Below are positions 7,877 to 15,806 of a stretch of DNA of 32,000 bases, piece by piece. The translations under genes were made by a program, and so were the position numbers. Position 1 is the stretch's first letter; each line of letters begins with the position of its first letter. The notes under the pieces are model-generated. The model did no database searches. It was not told the DNA's origin and saw only the letters and a list, made by a program, of their open reading frames with translations. Source of the DNA: Fastidiosibacter lacustris. Lineage in GTDB: Bacteria > Pseudomonadota > Gammaproteobacteria > Francisellales > Francisellaceae. The DNA is taken from positions 150,001-182,000 of the forward strand of contig NZ_QLIR01000001.1 of NCBI RefSeq assembly GCF_003428155.1, read 5' to 3'.

Positions 7877-8004
7877 TCTTTGTCATAGCAACACAAACAG
7901 GCTGGCAAATCAGTGAGTTAGATAATTTACCATTGTCTGAGCTGATTAAATATTACAAACTTGCAGTGGATTGGATAAAAGCCAAAAGTGGCTTAGATAA
8001 ATAG
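7855..8004 (+). CDS. -1 frame E' extension, predicted gpE-E' frameshift product (131 aa total)
   Basis: Slippery heptamer C CCA AAG at 7855-7861; the -1 frame stays open (AYNELIFVIATQTGWQISELDNLPLSELIKYYKLAVDWIKAKSGLDK*) to the TAG at 8002-8004, 10 nt before gpT. Confidence 0.88.
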   Translation, partial: PKAYNELIFVIATQTGWQISELDNLPLSELIKYYKLAVDWIKAKSGLDK

Positions 8005-8014
8005 TGAGTAAACG

Positions 8015-9874
8015 ATGGCAAACTGGAACAAAAAAGTTAGTCTTGAGTTGGGTGGCAGTATTAACCCAAGCTTTAGTAAAGTAACCGACAGCGCGATAAA
8101 GAGCCTGGATTATCTGGGCAGAAAAGAGAAGTCATTAAAAGATAATCAGGCGCTTATTGGTAAATTACAAGCTGATCAAGCTGCAATTGCTAAAACAAAC
8201 ACAAGCTATAAATCACAAGTTGCTGAGCTTAAAGCCTTGCAGCGCGCGTACAATGCGGCAGGCGGACAAGATGATAAATTATCGGCAAAAATATCCAAAA
8301 AACAGCAGCAGGTAAATAAAACGAATGCAGCACTCCAATCTCAAAAAAAAGGATTAAAGGAGCTTGGCACCTCACTTAAAAAAGCAGGTATTGACACCGC
8401 TAACTTAACGTCAGAAGAAAAACGTTTGCAAATGCAGTTAGAAAAAACGCAAAGACAGGCAAGGATTAAAGGCAACACATTATCAACGCTTGGCGCTGGC
8501 ATAAGTAAGCTCAAATATGTCGCTTTAGGTGTTACAGCTGCCGTTGGTGCAATAGGAGCTGCTACGATGAAATTAGTGGGTAGCTTTGCTGGACATGCTG
8601 ACAATATTGCCAAAACCGCCGACAAGCTTAATCTGAGTACAGACGCATTGCAAGAACTGCGTTATGCCGCTGGTCTTGCGGGCATATCAACCGAAAAGCT
8701 CGACAAGTCATTAGAGTTTATGCAAAAAAATGTGGTGGATGCCGCCAATGGGACAGGTGAAGCAAAAGATGCTCTAAATCAACTGGGCTTAAGTGCTGAG
8801 GAACTTAAATCATTAAAGCCAGACCAGGCATTAGGGCTTATTGCCGATGCTATGAATGGGGTGGCAAATAACCAAGAACGCTTGCGCATTGCCACACGGA
8901 TATTTGGACGTGAAGGTGCTGACATGGTGAATATGCTTAAGAATGGCTCCAAAGGCTTAAAAGAACTGGGTAAAGAAGCGCATGAAACGGGTGCTGTGTT
9001 TGAAGAAAAATCATTACGTGCAGCAGAGCTCAATACCGATGCTTATGGGAGAATGACACTAAGCTTACAGAGCGTAGCTTTTTCAGTTGCCAATGAGCTT
9101 ATGCCGAAAATGACAATTTTATTTACGAATATGACCGAATGGATTGCGGCAAATCGCGGGCAAATAGGCGAATGGGTGAAATCCTTTAGTAGTATGATTA
9201 GCTCAGTGTTTAGTGGTGTAAAGGCAGTTGGGAGCTTTATTCAATCAACCATTGGACTAGATAATGCCTTCAAAATAGTCGGCGGGACAATGGCGTTTAG
9301 CATGGTCAATAAAATTATGAATCTAGGCTCAGTCATCAAAGGGCTTGGCACTACATTTAAGCTGGTGAGTCGACTTTTTTTGACGAATCCCATTGGTTTG
9401 GCAATCACAGGAATTGCCGCAGCGGCATTACTCATATACAAATATTGGGAGCCTATTAAAGACTTCTTTGCAGGCTTGTGGGACGGCATAAAAAACATAT
9501 TCAACAGCGCGATTGATTTTATTGCAAAGCTGTTTGAGCCACAGGTAAAAATGATTAAATGGGTAGCGGAGAAGGCGACCTCAGTGGCTAAGTTCTTTGG
9601 GCTTGGTGGCAGTGATAAAGCAGAAAAAAGTGCAAATGCTGAAAATAAAATCAGCTGGAATAACTATAAGCCGTTGCAAACGGAGGATTTCAGTCAATTG
9701 CAACAGCAAGTTAAAGCAGCTAATCAGCAAATCAACAACAGCAATAAAACCAATAATGTGACAATCACCAATCAAGTTACGGTACAAGGCAATGGCGATA
9801 AATTATCGATTATGCAAGGGGTTGAAGAAGCCACGCAAAAGGCACTATATGACTTTAATTATGGAGGCGTTTAA
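8015..9874 (+). CDS. Phage tail tape measure protein (gpT-like)
   Basis: 619 aa; coiled-coil N-terminus, ALRSLQEL-type core (DKLNLSTDALQELRYAAGLAGISTEKLDKSLEFMQKN), central TM segments. Confidence 0.95.
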   Translation: MANWNKKVSLELGGSINPSFSKVTDSAIKSLDYLGRKEKSLKDNQALIGKLQADQAAIAKTNTSYKSQVAELKALQRAYNAAGGQDDKLSAKISKKQQQVNKTNAALQSQKKGLKELGTSLKKAGIDTANLTSEEKRLQMQLEKTQRQARIKGNTLSTLGAGISKLKYVALGVTAAVGAIGAATMKLVGSFAGHADNIAKTADKLNLSTDALQELRYAAGLAGISTEKLDKSLEFMQKNVVDAANGTGEAKDALNQLGLSAEELKSLKPDQALGLIADAMNGVANNQERLRIATRIFGREGADMVNMLKNGSKGLKELGKEAHETGAVFEEKSLRAAELNTDAYGRMTLSLQSVAFSVANELMPKMTILFTNMTEWIAANRGQIGEWVKSFSSMISSVFSGVKAVGSFIQSTIGLDNAFKIVGGTMAFSMVNKIMNLGSVIKGLGTTFKLVSRLFLTNPIGLAITGIAAAALLIYKYWEPIKDFFAGLWDGIKNIFNSAIDFIAKLFEPQVKMIKWVAEKATSVAKFFGLGGSDKAEKSANAENKISWNNYKPLQTEDFSQLQQQVKAANQQINNSNKTNNVTITNQVTVQGNGDKLSIMQGVEEATQKALYDFNYGGV

Positions 9875-9876
9875 AA

Positions 9877-10293
9877 ATGGCGTTTATTCCGTTAGTACTT
9901 GGCAAGTTGCCATTTAGTGTTAATACTGCAACTTACAATAAGATAAGCAAAAGCTACTCAAGTAACTGGGCAACGCAAGAGCGGGTTAATAATAGCCCAG
10001 CTCTGCAAAATACGGGGGACCAGTCAGAAACCATGACTATCTCAGGGGTGACCTTTCCGTGTGACAATCTAGGGGCAAAAGGCGCTCTTGTAGCATTAAG
10101 AGAGCTCGCAGCCAGTCAAGACAGTAATTTTTTATTTGATTTAGATGGCTTTATTTACGGCAAATGGGCAATAACCAATATCCAGCAAGAGAACACCAAC
10201 AACAGCAACACAAGTTACTCGGTGAGTTTATCACGCTATCCAGAAACCACGGCAATTGACCAAGCGAAAGCTTATGTAAAAAATGCGATCTAA
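9877..10293 (+). CDS. Phage tail protein gpU-like
   Basis: 138 aa; IPLVLGKLPFSVNTATYNKISKSYSSNWATQERVNNSPALQNTGDQSETMTISGVTFP typical of gpU. Confidence 0.95.
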   Translation: MAFIPLVLGKLPFSVNTATYNKISKSYSSNWATQERVNNSPALQNTGDQSETMTISGVTFPCDNLGAKGALVALRELAASQDSNFLFDLDGFIYGKWAITNIQQENTNNSNTSYSVSLSRYPETTAIDQAKAYVKNAI

Positions 10294-10302
10294 AATTCAC
10301 CA

Positions 10303-10331
10303 TTGGAGTTTATAAAAAAATTGAGTATAAT
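10303..10331 (+). promoter_or_regulatory. Sigma70-like promoter for the inserted ATPase/STAS-like gene
   Basis: TTGGAG (10303-10308), 17-bp spacer, TATAAT (10326-10331), immediately after the gpU stop codon. Confidence 0.7.
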
Positions 10332-10349
10332 TTAATAAAAAATAAATGG

Positions 10350-11411
10350 TTGTTTAAAATGTCGGATGTGCTTATTGAAATTTTGAAAATGATTGATTCA
10401 GGAAATCGTAAAAAATCAGAAGTGGCAAAAAACATAGCGGAAAAGCATGGTGTAACTGTCCAAAACGTGTACCAACATCTGAAAAAATTAGAGAAGCCAA
10501 TGCAAATTTTTGAGTGCAGTAAGGGATACCTCCATTTATTGCAAAAACGCTTATTTGCTCAGAATTTTAAACTAAAAGATATTACAAAAGAAGCTAGTGA
10601 ATACGATATTTGGATTAAACATATTCTGTCCCTTATTAAAAATGATATCGAGCTTAAAGACTCAATGTTTCATGTCTTTACAGAAATGTTAAACAATGCA
10701 ATAGAACATTCTGAAGGTGATACTATAAGGATTGCTTTATTTGAAAGTGCATATGGATATTTGGTATCGATTACTGATAACGGGGTGGGTATTTTTAAAA
10801 AAATCTGTAGATATAAGAATTTGAAAGATGAGCAGCATGCTATGTTTGAGTTATCAAAAGGGCGCCTAACAACAATGCCAGAAGCTCACTCTGGAGAGGG
10901 TATCTTCTTTTCTTCTAAAATTAGTGATGAATTTTCCATAATTTCACATGGTTTAATTTTTCATCATGAGCTTGATGTTAATAGTCTTTCTGAGCTTGAG
11001 GGCATGGCCAGAAGAAGTATGTATGAAGGGACAAAAGTTGTTTTTAAAATAAATAAATTTACCCCTAAATCTGTCACTGCAATATTCAAGCAATATACAG
11101 TTATAGATGAGGAGGGAGAATATATGTTTTCAAAGACAATTATAAAGGCAAAATTAATTCAATATGAAAATGAAGCACTAGTTTCACGTTCACAAGCCAA
11201 GCGTTTGCTGACACGAGTTAATGAGTTTAAAGAAGCAGTGATTGATTTTGCGGGAATTCGGTTGATTGGGCAGGGCTTTGCCGATGAAGTTTTTCGTGTT
11301 TTTACAACACGTTATCCTGATGTAAAATTAACGTATGTTAATGCTGAACCAGATGTTGATTTCATGATTAAGCGCGCAGTTGGCACTGCTAAGATCAATA
11401 AAAAAAGTTAA
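10350..11411 (+). CDS. Winged-HTH-like + GHKL (histidine kinase-like) ATPase + C-terminal STAS-like (DUF4325-type) protein
   Basis: 353 aa. N-terminal HTH (KKSEVAKNIAEKHGVTVQNVYQHLKKLEK), N box EMLNNAIEHSEG, G1 box DNGVGI, HSGEGIFF; C-terminal region EFKEAVIDFAGIRLIGQGFADEVFRVF. Start may be ATG 10359. Confidence 0.85.
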   Translation: MFKMSDVLIEILKMIDSGNRKKSEVAKNIAEKHGVTVQNVYQHLKKLEKPMQIFECSKGYLHLLQKRLFAQNFKLKDITKEASEYDIWIKHILSLIKNDIELKDSMFHVFTEMLNNAIEHSEGDTIRIALFESAYGYLVSITDNGVGIFKKICRYKNLKDEQHAMFELSKGRLTTMPEAHSGEGIFFSSKISDEFSIISHGLIFHHELDVNSLSELEGMARRSMYEGTKVVFKINKFTPKSVTAIFKQYTVIDEEGEYMFSKTIIKAKLIQYENEALVSRSQAKRLLTRVNEFKEAVIDFAGIRLIGQGFADEVFRVFTTRYPDVKLTYVNAEPDVDFMIKRAVGTAKINKKS

Positions 11412-11430
11412 TTTTAAGGATTTTTGTATT

Positions 11431-11631
11431 ATGGCTAAATACACCACGAAAGACGGAGATATGCTCGATTATATTTGCTACAAGTATTACGGCACGACAG
11501 AAGTTACTAACAAAGTGCTTGAGGCAAATCGTGAGCTGGCAAAATTAGGTGCAGTACTCCCATCTGGTATTACCATTGAATTACCAGAGATTGAAAAGCC
11601 AACAGCTAAAAGAAGAGTAACCTTATGGTAA
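11431..11631 (+). CDS. Phage tail protein X (gpX-like, LysM-type)
   Basis: MAKYTTKDGDMLDYICYKYYGTTEVTNKVLEANRELAKLGAVLPSGITIELPE; start moved from the track's 11380 to the ATG at 11431. Confidence 0.92.
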   Translation: MAKYTTKDGDMLDYICYKYYGTTEVTNKVLEANRELAKLGAVLPSGITIELPEIEKPTAKRRVTLW

Positions 11632-12611
11632 TTGACTATCAAATCTTAGCCGATGATAAAGACATCACCGCAAAGATAAAAGCAGCGTTGGTTAGTTTAA
11701 CGATTACCGATACAACAGGAGACCATGCCGATGGATTAAGTTTGCATTTGGCAGACTACACGGATTCACTTAAATTTCCTGAGTCTAGTGCGAAGCTTAA
11801 TGTACATCTTGGCTACAAAGACAATCTGCATGATTTTGGTTTTTTCTTTGTTGATACGATGAGCTACCGTTATCCGCCAAGCGTATTAAGTTTAAATGCT
11901 AATAGCGTGCCCTTTGCGGCATCAAATACATACAAGGCGATGCAGACCCAACAAACACGCTCTTTTGACAATATAACGCTTGCAAGTTTAGTGGATATAA
12001 TTGCAAAAGAGCATGGGCTAGAGTCATCTGTTATACCAGGGCTAGGTAAAATACAAATTGAGCACATCGACCAAACCGATGAGGGCAATATCGGTTTTTT
12101 GTATCGAGTAGTTAGGCAGCATGGTTGCACATTAAAACCTACGCACACTAAATTAGTCGTGCTTGATGAGAAAGGCAAAAACGCCAAAGACGAGGACATC
12201 TTAACACTTACACTCGACCTAAAACAAATATCACAGCTAAGCTATAGCAGTAAAAAAGAAGCAAAGTTTAGAAGTGTGAATGCGAAATATCACGATGTTG
12301 ATAGCGCCGAAACAAAAAAAGTAACTGTAGGGAGTGGGCAACCTGAATTCGCCCTATCCTGGACATACGAAAACGAAGCAGCGGCAAAAGCAGCAGCTAA
12401 CAGAGAATTAAAAGGGTACGCGCTTGATATTGACTCCTTGAATATTACAACCATCGGCAATCCTGACATTATTGCGGGGGCGCCAATTATAATAAAAGGG
12501 TTGCGTGAGGATATACCGCAGGACTGGTATGTTAAAACAGCAACACACTCCCTTAGTAAACAAGGGTATCAAACCAGTGCTCAGTTGACGCTTAAACAGT
12601 TAAACGAGTAG
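11625..12611 (+). CDS. Phage late control gene D protein (gpD-like)
   Basis: 328 aa; overlaps gpX end; DYQILADDKDITAKIKAALVSLTITDTTGDHADGLSLHLAD. Confidence 0.95.
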   Translation: MVIDYQILADDKDITAKIKAALVSLTITDTTGDHADGLSLHLADYTDSLKFPESSAKLNVHLGYKDNLHDFGFFFVDTMSYRYPPSVLSLNANSVPFAASNTYKAMQTQQTRSFDNITLASLVDIIAKEHGLESSVIPGLGKIQIEHIDQTDEGNIGFLYRVVRQHGCTLKPTHTKLVVLDEKGKNAKDEDILTLTLDLKQISQLSYSSKKEAKFRSVNAKYHDVDSAETKKVTVGSGQPEFALSWTYENEAAAKAAANRELKGYALDIDSLNITTIGNPDIIAGAPIIIKGLREDIPQDWYVKTATHSLSKQGYQTSAQLTLKQLNE

Positions 12612-12637
12612 ATTGCGAATCCTAAAATAAGATAATT

Positions 12638-13798
12638 TCATAACAAATCAACTGCCTTTTGTCTATGTTCCGGGGCTAAATGCGCATATCTAAGTGTCAT
12701 TTTAAAATCACTGTGACCAAGCAGCTCTCTAACTACTGATAAACTTTCGCCCTTCATTATAAGCTGGCTGGCAAAGTTATGTCGTAAATCATGGAAACGG
12801 AAATTATCTATTTCTGTTTTTTTCATTAATGTAATCCACGACTTATTAATATTATCCAACTTGCCACCCGTTATTGGTGACTTAAAAACAAGCCCGCTCT
12901 GATTACCATTACTGCAAATATCAAGAAACATTTGCCGGACATTTTTGTGCATGGGAATACTGCGAGCATGACCTGATTTAGTGTTATCTTTATCTAAAGT
13001 AATTTGATTAGTTTTTAAATCAATATCACTCCATTTAAGTGTAAATATTTCACCTCTGCGCATCCCTGTATAATAAGCGAGAGTGACTATGTTACGAATC
13101 AATTTGTCAGCACCATCTAATGCAGTTAATAACGCCTCAGATTCACGACTAGATAAATAACGTATTTTACCAGAAGACTCCTTGAATTTTTTAAATCCAG
13201 TTAACTTATTTGCTTGCAAATAACCAAACTCTACAGCCCTACTTATTGCCCCTTTTAAAACGGTAGCAGTTTTATTCAAGGTTGAATCTGAAACATTCGA
13301 CTCGCTTTTATATTGAAATAAGAAATTATTTAGAATTTTTAAATCAATCTCATTTAGTAACATATTATGCAATGACTTGGATACAACCAAAAGCCTATGA
13401 TGCGTTTGCTTATAACTTCTATGGTTTTTTTTACTCCAATCTAAATAGAAACGGTCAAGATAGTTTTTTAATGTTAATTTATCATGTTGTGCTTTTTCTT
13501 TTTGTATGTCTTGACCTTGTGACACTAAAAGCAACAGTCGTTGCGCTTCTTTTTTGGCAACCGGCAAGGGGATTGTAGGAAATTTGCCAATGGTATAACG
13601 CTTTTGCTTCTTTTCAGAATTCCGATAAATTATTGAAAAAGTTTTAGCACCAGATGGAAATACTCTTAAAACTAAGCAATTAACTTCTGAGTCGAAATAG
13701 TCTATTATTTTATTGGTTGGTTCTAGTTCAGAAATGTTTGTTTTAGTTAATTTTAATTTGGGCATTTTATTCCTGGTTTTAGGTAGACCAATGGTCAT
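12638..13798 (-). CDS. int: Tyrosine recombinase/integrase
   Basis: 386 aa; catalytic motifs TGMRRGEI, FRFHDLRHNFASQL, LLGHSDFKMTLRYAHL; adjacent to a tRNA-derived att site. Confidence 0.97.
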   Translation of the reverse strand: MTIGLPKTRNKMPKLKLTKTNISELEPTNKIIDYFDSEVNCLVLRVFPSGAKTFSIIYRNSEKKQKRYTIGKFPTIPLPVAKKEAQRLLLLVSQGQDIQKEKAQHDKLTLKNYLDRFYLDWSKKNHRSYKQTHHRLLVVSKSLHNMLLNEIDLKILNNFLFQYKSESNVSDSTLNKTATVLKGAISRAVEFGYLQANKLTGFKKFKESSGKIRYLSSRESEALLTALDGADKLIRNIVTLAYYTGMRRGEIFTLKWSDIDLKTNQITLDKDNTKSGHARSIPMHKNVRQMFLDICSNGNQSGLVFKSPITGGKLDNINKSWITLMKKTEIDNFRFHDLRHNFASQLIMKGESLSVVRELLGHSDFKMTLRYAHLAPEHRQKAVDLL

Positions 13799-13810
13799 AG
13801 TATAGCATTT

Positions 13811-13829
13811 ACAGGTAACATATAGGTAA
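13811..13829. repeat. Tandem AGGTAACA-(3)-AGGTAACA; candidate integrase arm-type sites
   Basis: Two identical 8-mers at 13811-13818 and 13822-13829 between int and the att core. Confidence 0.45.
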
Positions 13830-13961
13830 CAAAAAATAATAAAACCGAGAGGAAAAACTTCTTTCTCCGAAAATAAAAAATGTTACTAAAAGTCATTAAA
13901 ATAAATGGTTTCCCCATCTTGAGCTGCATGTAAAAAATCAGCGAAAATGACCTGCACCCCC

Positions 13962-14006
13962 CTCCGGAGCCAAAGGTCAGGCGTTCGAATCGCCTCGGGT
14001 GCACCA
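13962..14006 (+). other. Prophage right attachment site: 3' half of tRNA-Arg(CCG)
   Basis: CTCCGGA anticodon loop, GCCAA, AGGTC, T-arm AGGCG-TTCGAAT-CGCCT, acceptor CGGGTGC + A + CCA. No D-arm and no complete 5' half present. Confidence 0.88.
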
Positions 14007-14016
14007 TATGATTAAG

Positions 14017-14451
14017 CTACTTCACAAGTAAGTTTCTTAGCTGTGACAGATAAACTTCTTGATCTGCAACGGTGCTATTTTTCTGTGCACTCCAGATTGA
14101 TTCAGCAAGATAATTCATCATTTTATGGTGAACGGTGTGTTCATCGTTCAAGTGTGCTTTACATAAGGCGTGATAGATATCACTAATTCCTTGTGGTCGA
14201 TTAGTAATAACTTGTTCAATAAGTGCTAAATGTAAGCTCATATGCAAAAATGGATTGGTTTCACCAAGCTCAGGTGGAAAATCTTTGTCAAGATTGTAAA
14301 GGTTAGACAAAAAATTTTGGTATTCTGGATGATACTCGATTACACGTACAATTTGTATTTCTAGGTCCGTTAAAAGCTGTTTATTTAAGTGTTTATACCA
14401 ACTATCAAAATAAAGTTTTCTAAGTTCAAGTCGGGTTGGGTTAAAAATCAT
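14017..14451 (-). CDS. DUF1841-family protein
   Basis: 144 aa; GETNPFLHMSLHLALIEQVITNRPQGI..HHKMMNYLAESIW resembles this conserved family. Confidence 0.7.
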   Translation of the reverse strand: MIFNPTRLELRKLYFDSWYKHLNKQLLTDLEIQIVRVIEYHPEYQNFLSNLYNLDKDFPPELGETNPFLHMSLHLALIEQVITNRPQGISDIYHALCKAHLNDEHTVHHKMMNYLAESIWSAQKNSTVADQEVYLSQLRNLLVK

Positions 14452-15086
14452 AAATAAACTTCTTTTTGTTTGAATTCACATAAATCATAGATGGGGCATT
14501 TACTACATTTGGGTTTTTTCGCTGTACAAATATAGCGACCATGTAAAATGAGCCAGTGATGTGCATCTTTTAAGAACTTTTTTGGAATAATGTACAATAG
14601 CTTGTGTTCAACTTCATTGACACTTTTTCCAGGAGCTAGGTTCATGCGGTTAGCGATCCGAAAAATATGTGTATCTACAGCTATCGTAGGTTCACCAAAA
14701 GCGGTATTAAGCACTACGTTTGCGGTTTTACGCCCAACGCCAGGTAAAGTCTCTAGTGCTTTACGATTATTGGGAACTTCACCATTATAAAGTTCAATAA
14801 GCATTTGGCAGGTTTTAATAATATTCTTAGCCTTAGTTTTATATAGTCCAATGGCTTGAATATATGGAATGAGTTCCTCCTCTCCGATGTGTAAAATTTT
14901 CTCTGGTGTATTTGCTATTAAGAAAAGCTTATCAGTCGCTTTATTGACGCTGATATCAGTTGCCTGAGCAGATAAAATGACTGAAATTAATAATTCAAAC
15001 GTTGAACTATAGTTGAGTTCAGTGGTTGGATGAGGATTATTGTGAGCAAAAATTTCAAAAATCTGTCGGCACTTCGTTTTGTTCAT
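14448..15086 (-). CDS. nth: Endonuclease III
   Basis: 212 aa; HhH motif LPGVGRKTANVVLN, C-terminal FeS cluster CxxxxxxCxxCxxxxxC (CTAKKPKCSKCPIYDLC). Confidence 0.97.
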   Translation of the reverse strand: MNKTKCRQIFEIFAHNNPHPTTELNYSSTFELLISVILSAQATDISVNKATDKLFLIANTPEKILHIGEEELIPYIQAIGLYKTKAKNIIKTCQMLIELYNGEVPNNRKALETLPGVGRKTANVVLNTAFGEPTIAVDTHIFRIANRMNLAPGKSVNEVEHKLLYIIPKKFLKDAHHWLILHGRYICTAKKPKCSKCPIYDLCEFKQKEVYL

Positions 15087-15096
15087 TTGTTTATGC

Positions 15097-15720
15097 TTAA
15101 TTTAAGTTTTTTCTATTTTTAAATTCGGTAAGTGCTTGTTGAATGTAAGCTTTTTTATCAATATTTAGTTTGCTTAGCACAATATTTTGCTTGTGATTTT
15201 TGGTTTCTTTCTTTTGTTTTGTTTCAAGCCTTTTTGTCCTTTCATTATGGCGTAAACGATAGTAATTTTTTTGAGCTTCTTTTTGAGTTAAGTTTAACCT
15301 TTCAGGTTGTAACTCGTCTGGTAAAATTTGCATTTCAATGCAGTCCATTGGACATGGTACAACACATAAATCACATCCTGTGCATTCATTACTTAGAACA
15401 GTGTGCATGAGCTTTTTAGCGCCAACGATGGCATCAACTGGACACGCTAAAATACATTTGGTACAGCCAATACACAGATCTTCATTGATAATTGCCACTT
15501 TTTTGGGTTGATGGATGCCGCAACTAGTATCAAGTGGAAGCTTTTCGCGTTGCAATAGTTTTGCTAATCTATCGGCGCCTTCTTGTCCACCTGGAGGGCA
15601 GCGATTATGTTTTTCACCATTGGTAATGGCTTGTGCATAGTTATAGCAATCTTTGTAGCCGCATTTTGTACACTGAGTTTGTGGTAAAAGTGCGTCAATG
15701 TCATCAATTGAAATAATCAT
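15097..15720 (-). CDS. rnfB: RnfB-like 4Fe-4S ferredoxin-type protein
   Basis: 207 aa; [18 protein letters not shown] and two CxxCxxCxxxCP motifs; no other rnf genes in the window. Confidence 0.85.
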   Translation of the reverse strand: MIISIDDIDALLPQTQCTKCGYKDCYNYAQAITNGEKHNRCPPGGQEGADRLAKLLQREKLPLDTSCGIHQPKKVAIINEDLCIGCTKCILACPVDAIVGAKKLMHTVLSNECTGCDLCVVPCPMDCIEMQILPDELQPERLNLTQKEAQKNYYRLRHNERTKRLETKQKKETKNHKQNIVLSKLNIDKKAYIQQALTEFKNRKNLN

Positions 15721-15806
15721 TTGACTAAAATCAACTTAAGTTTCATGGTTGGGTATTGTAACGTAAATTTTAGAAATAAGAAATTTCTCTGAAGTCTTTT
15801 GTTTAT

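Noticed and set aside
8341-9504. Minus-strand ORFs within the tape measure gene
   Set aside because: Shadow ORFs of a long repetitive coding sequence; no independent evidence.
13953-14006. Possible complete short tRNA (TGCACCC ... GGGTGCA pairing)
   Set aside because: Only the 3' half has tRNA structure. There is no D-arm or 5' anticodon stem, and the 5' GCACCC match does not extend to the full acceptor stem, so this is an att remnant.
13795-14007. Minus-strand ORF MVHPRRFERLTFGSGGG... across the int-att junction
   Set aside because: The N-terminus is the antisense translation of the tRNA T-arm/acceptor (a common mis-annotation over tRNA genes), and the rest is the noncoding att spacer.
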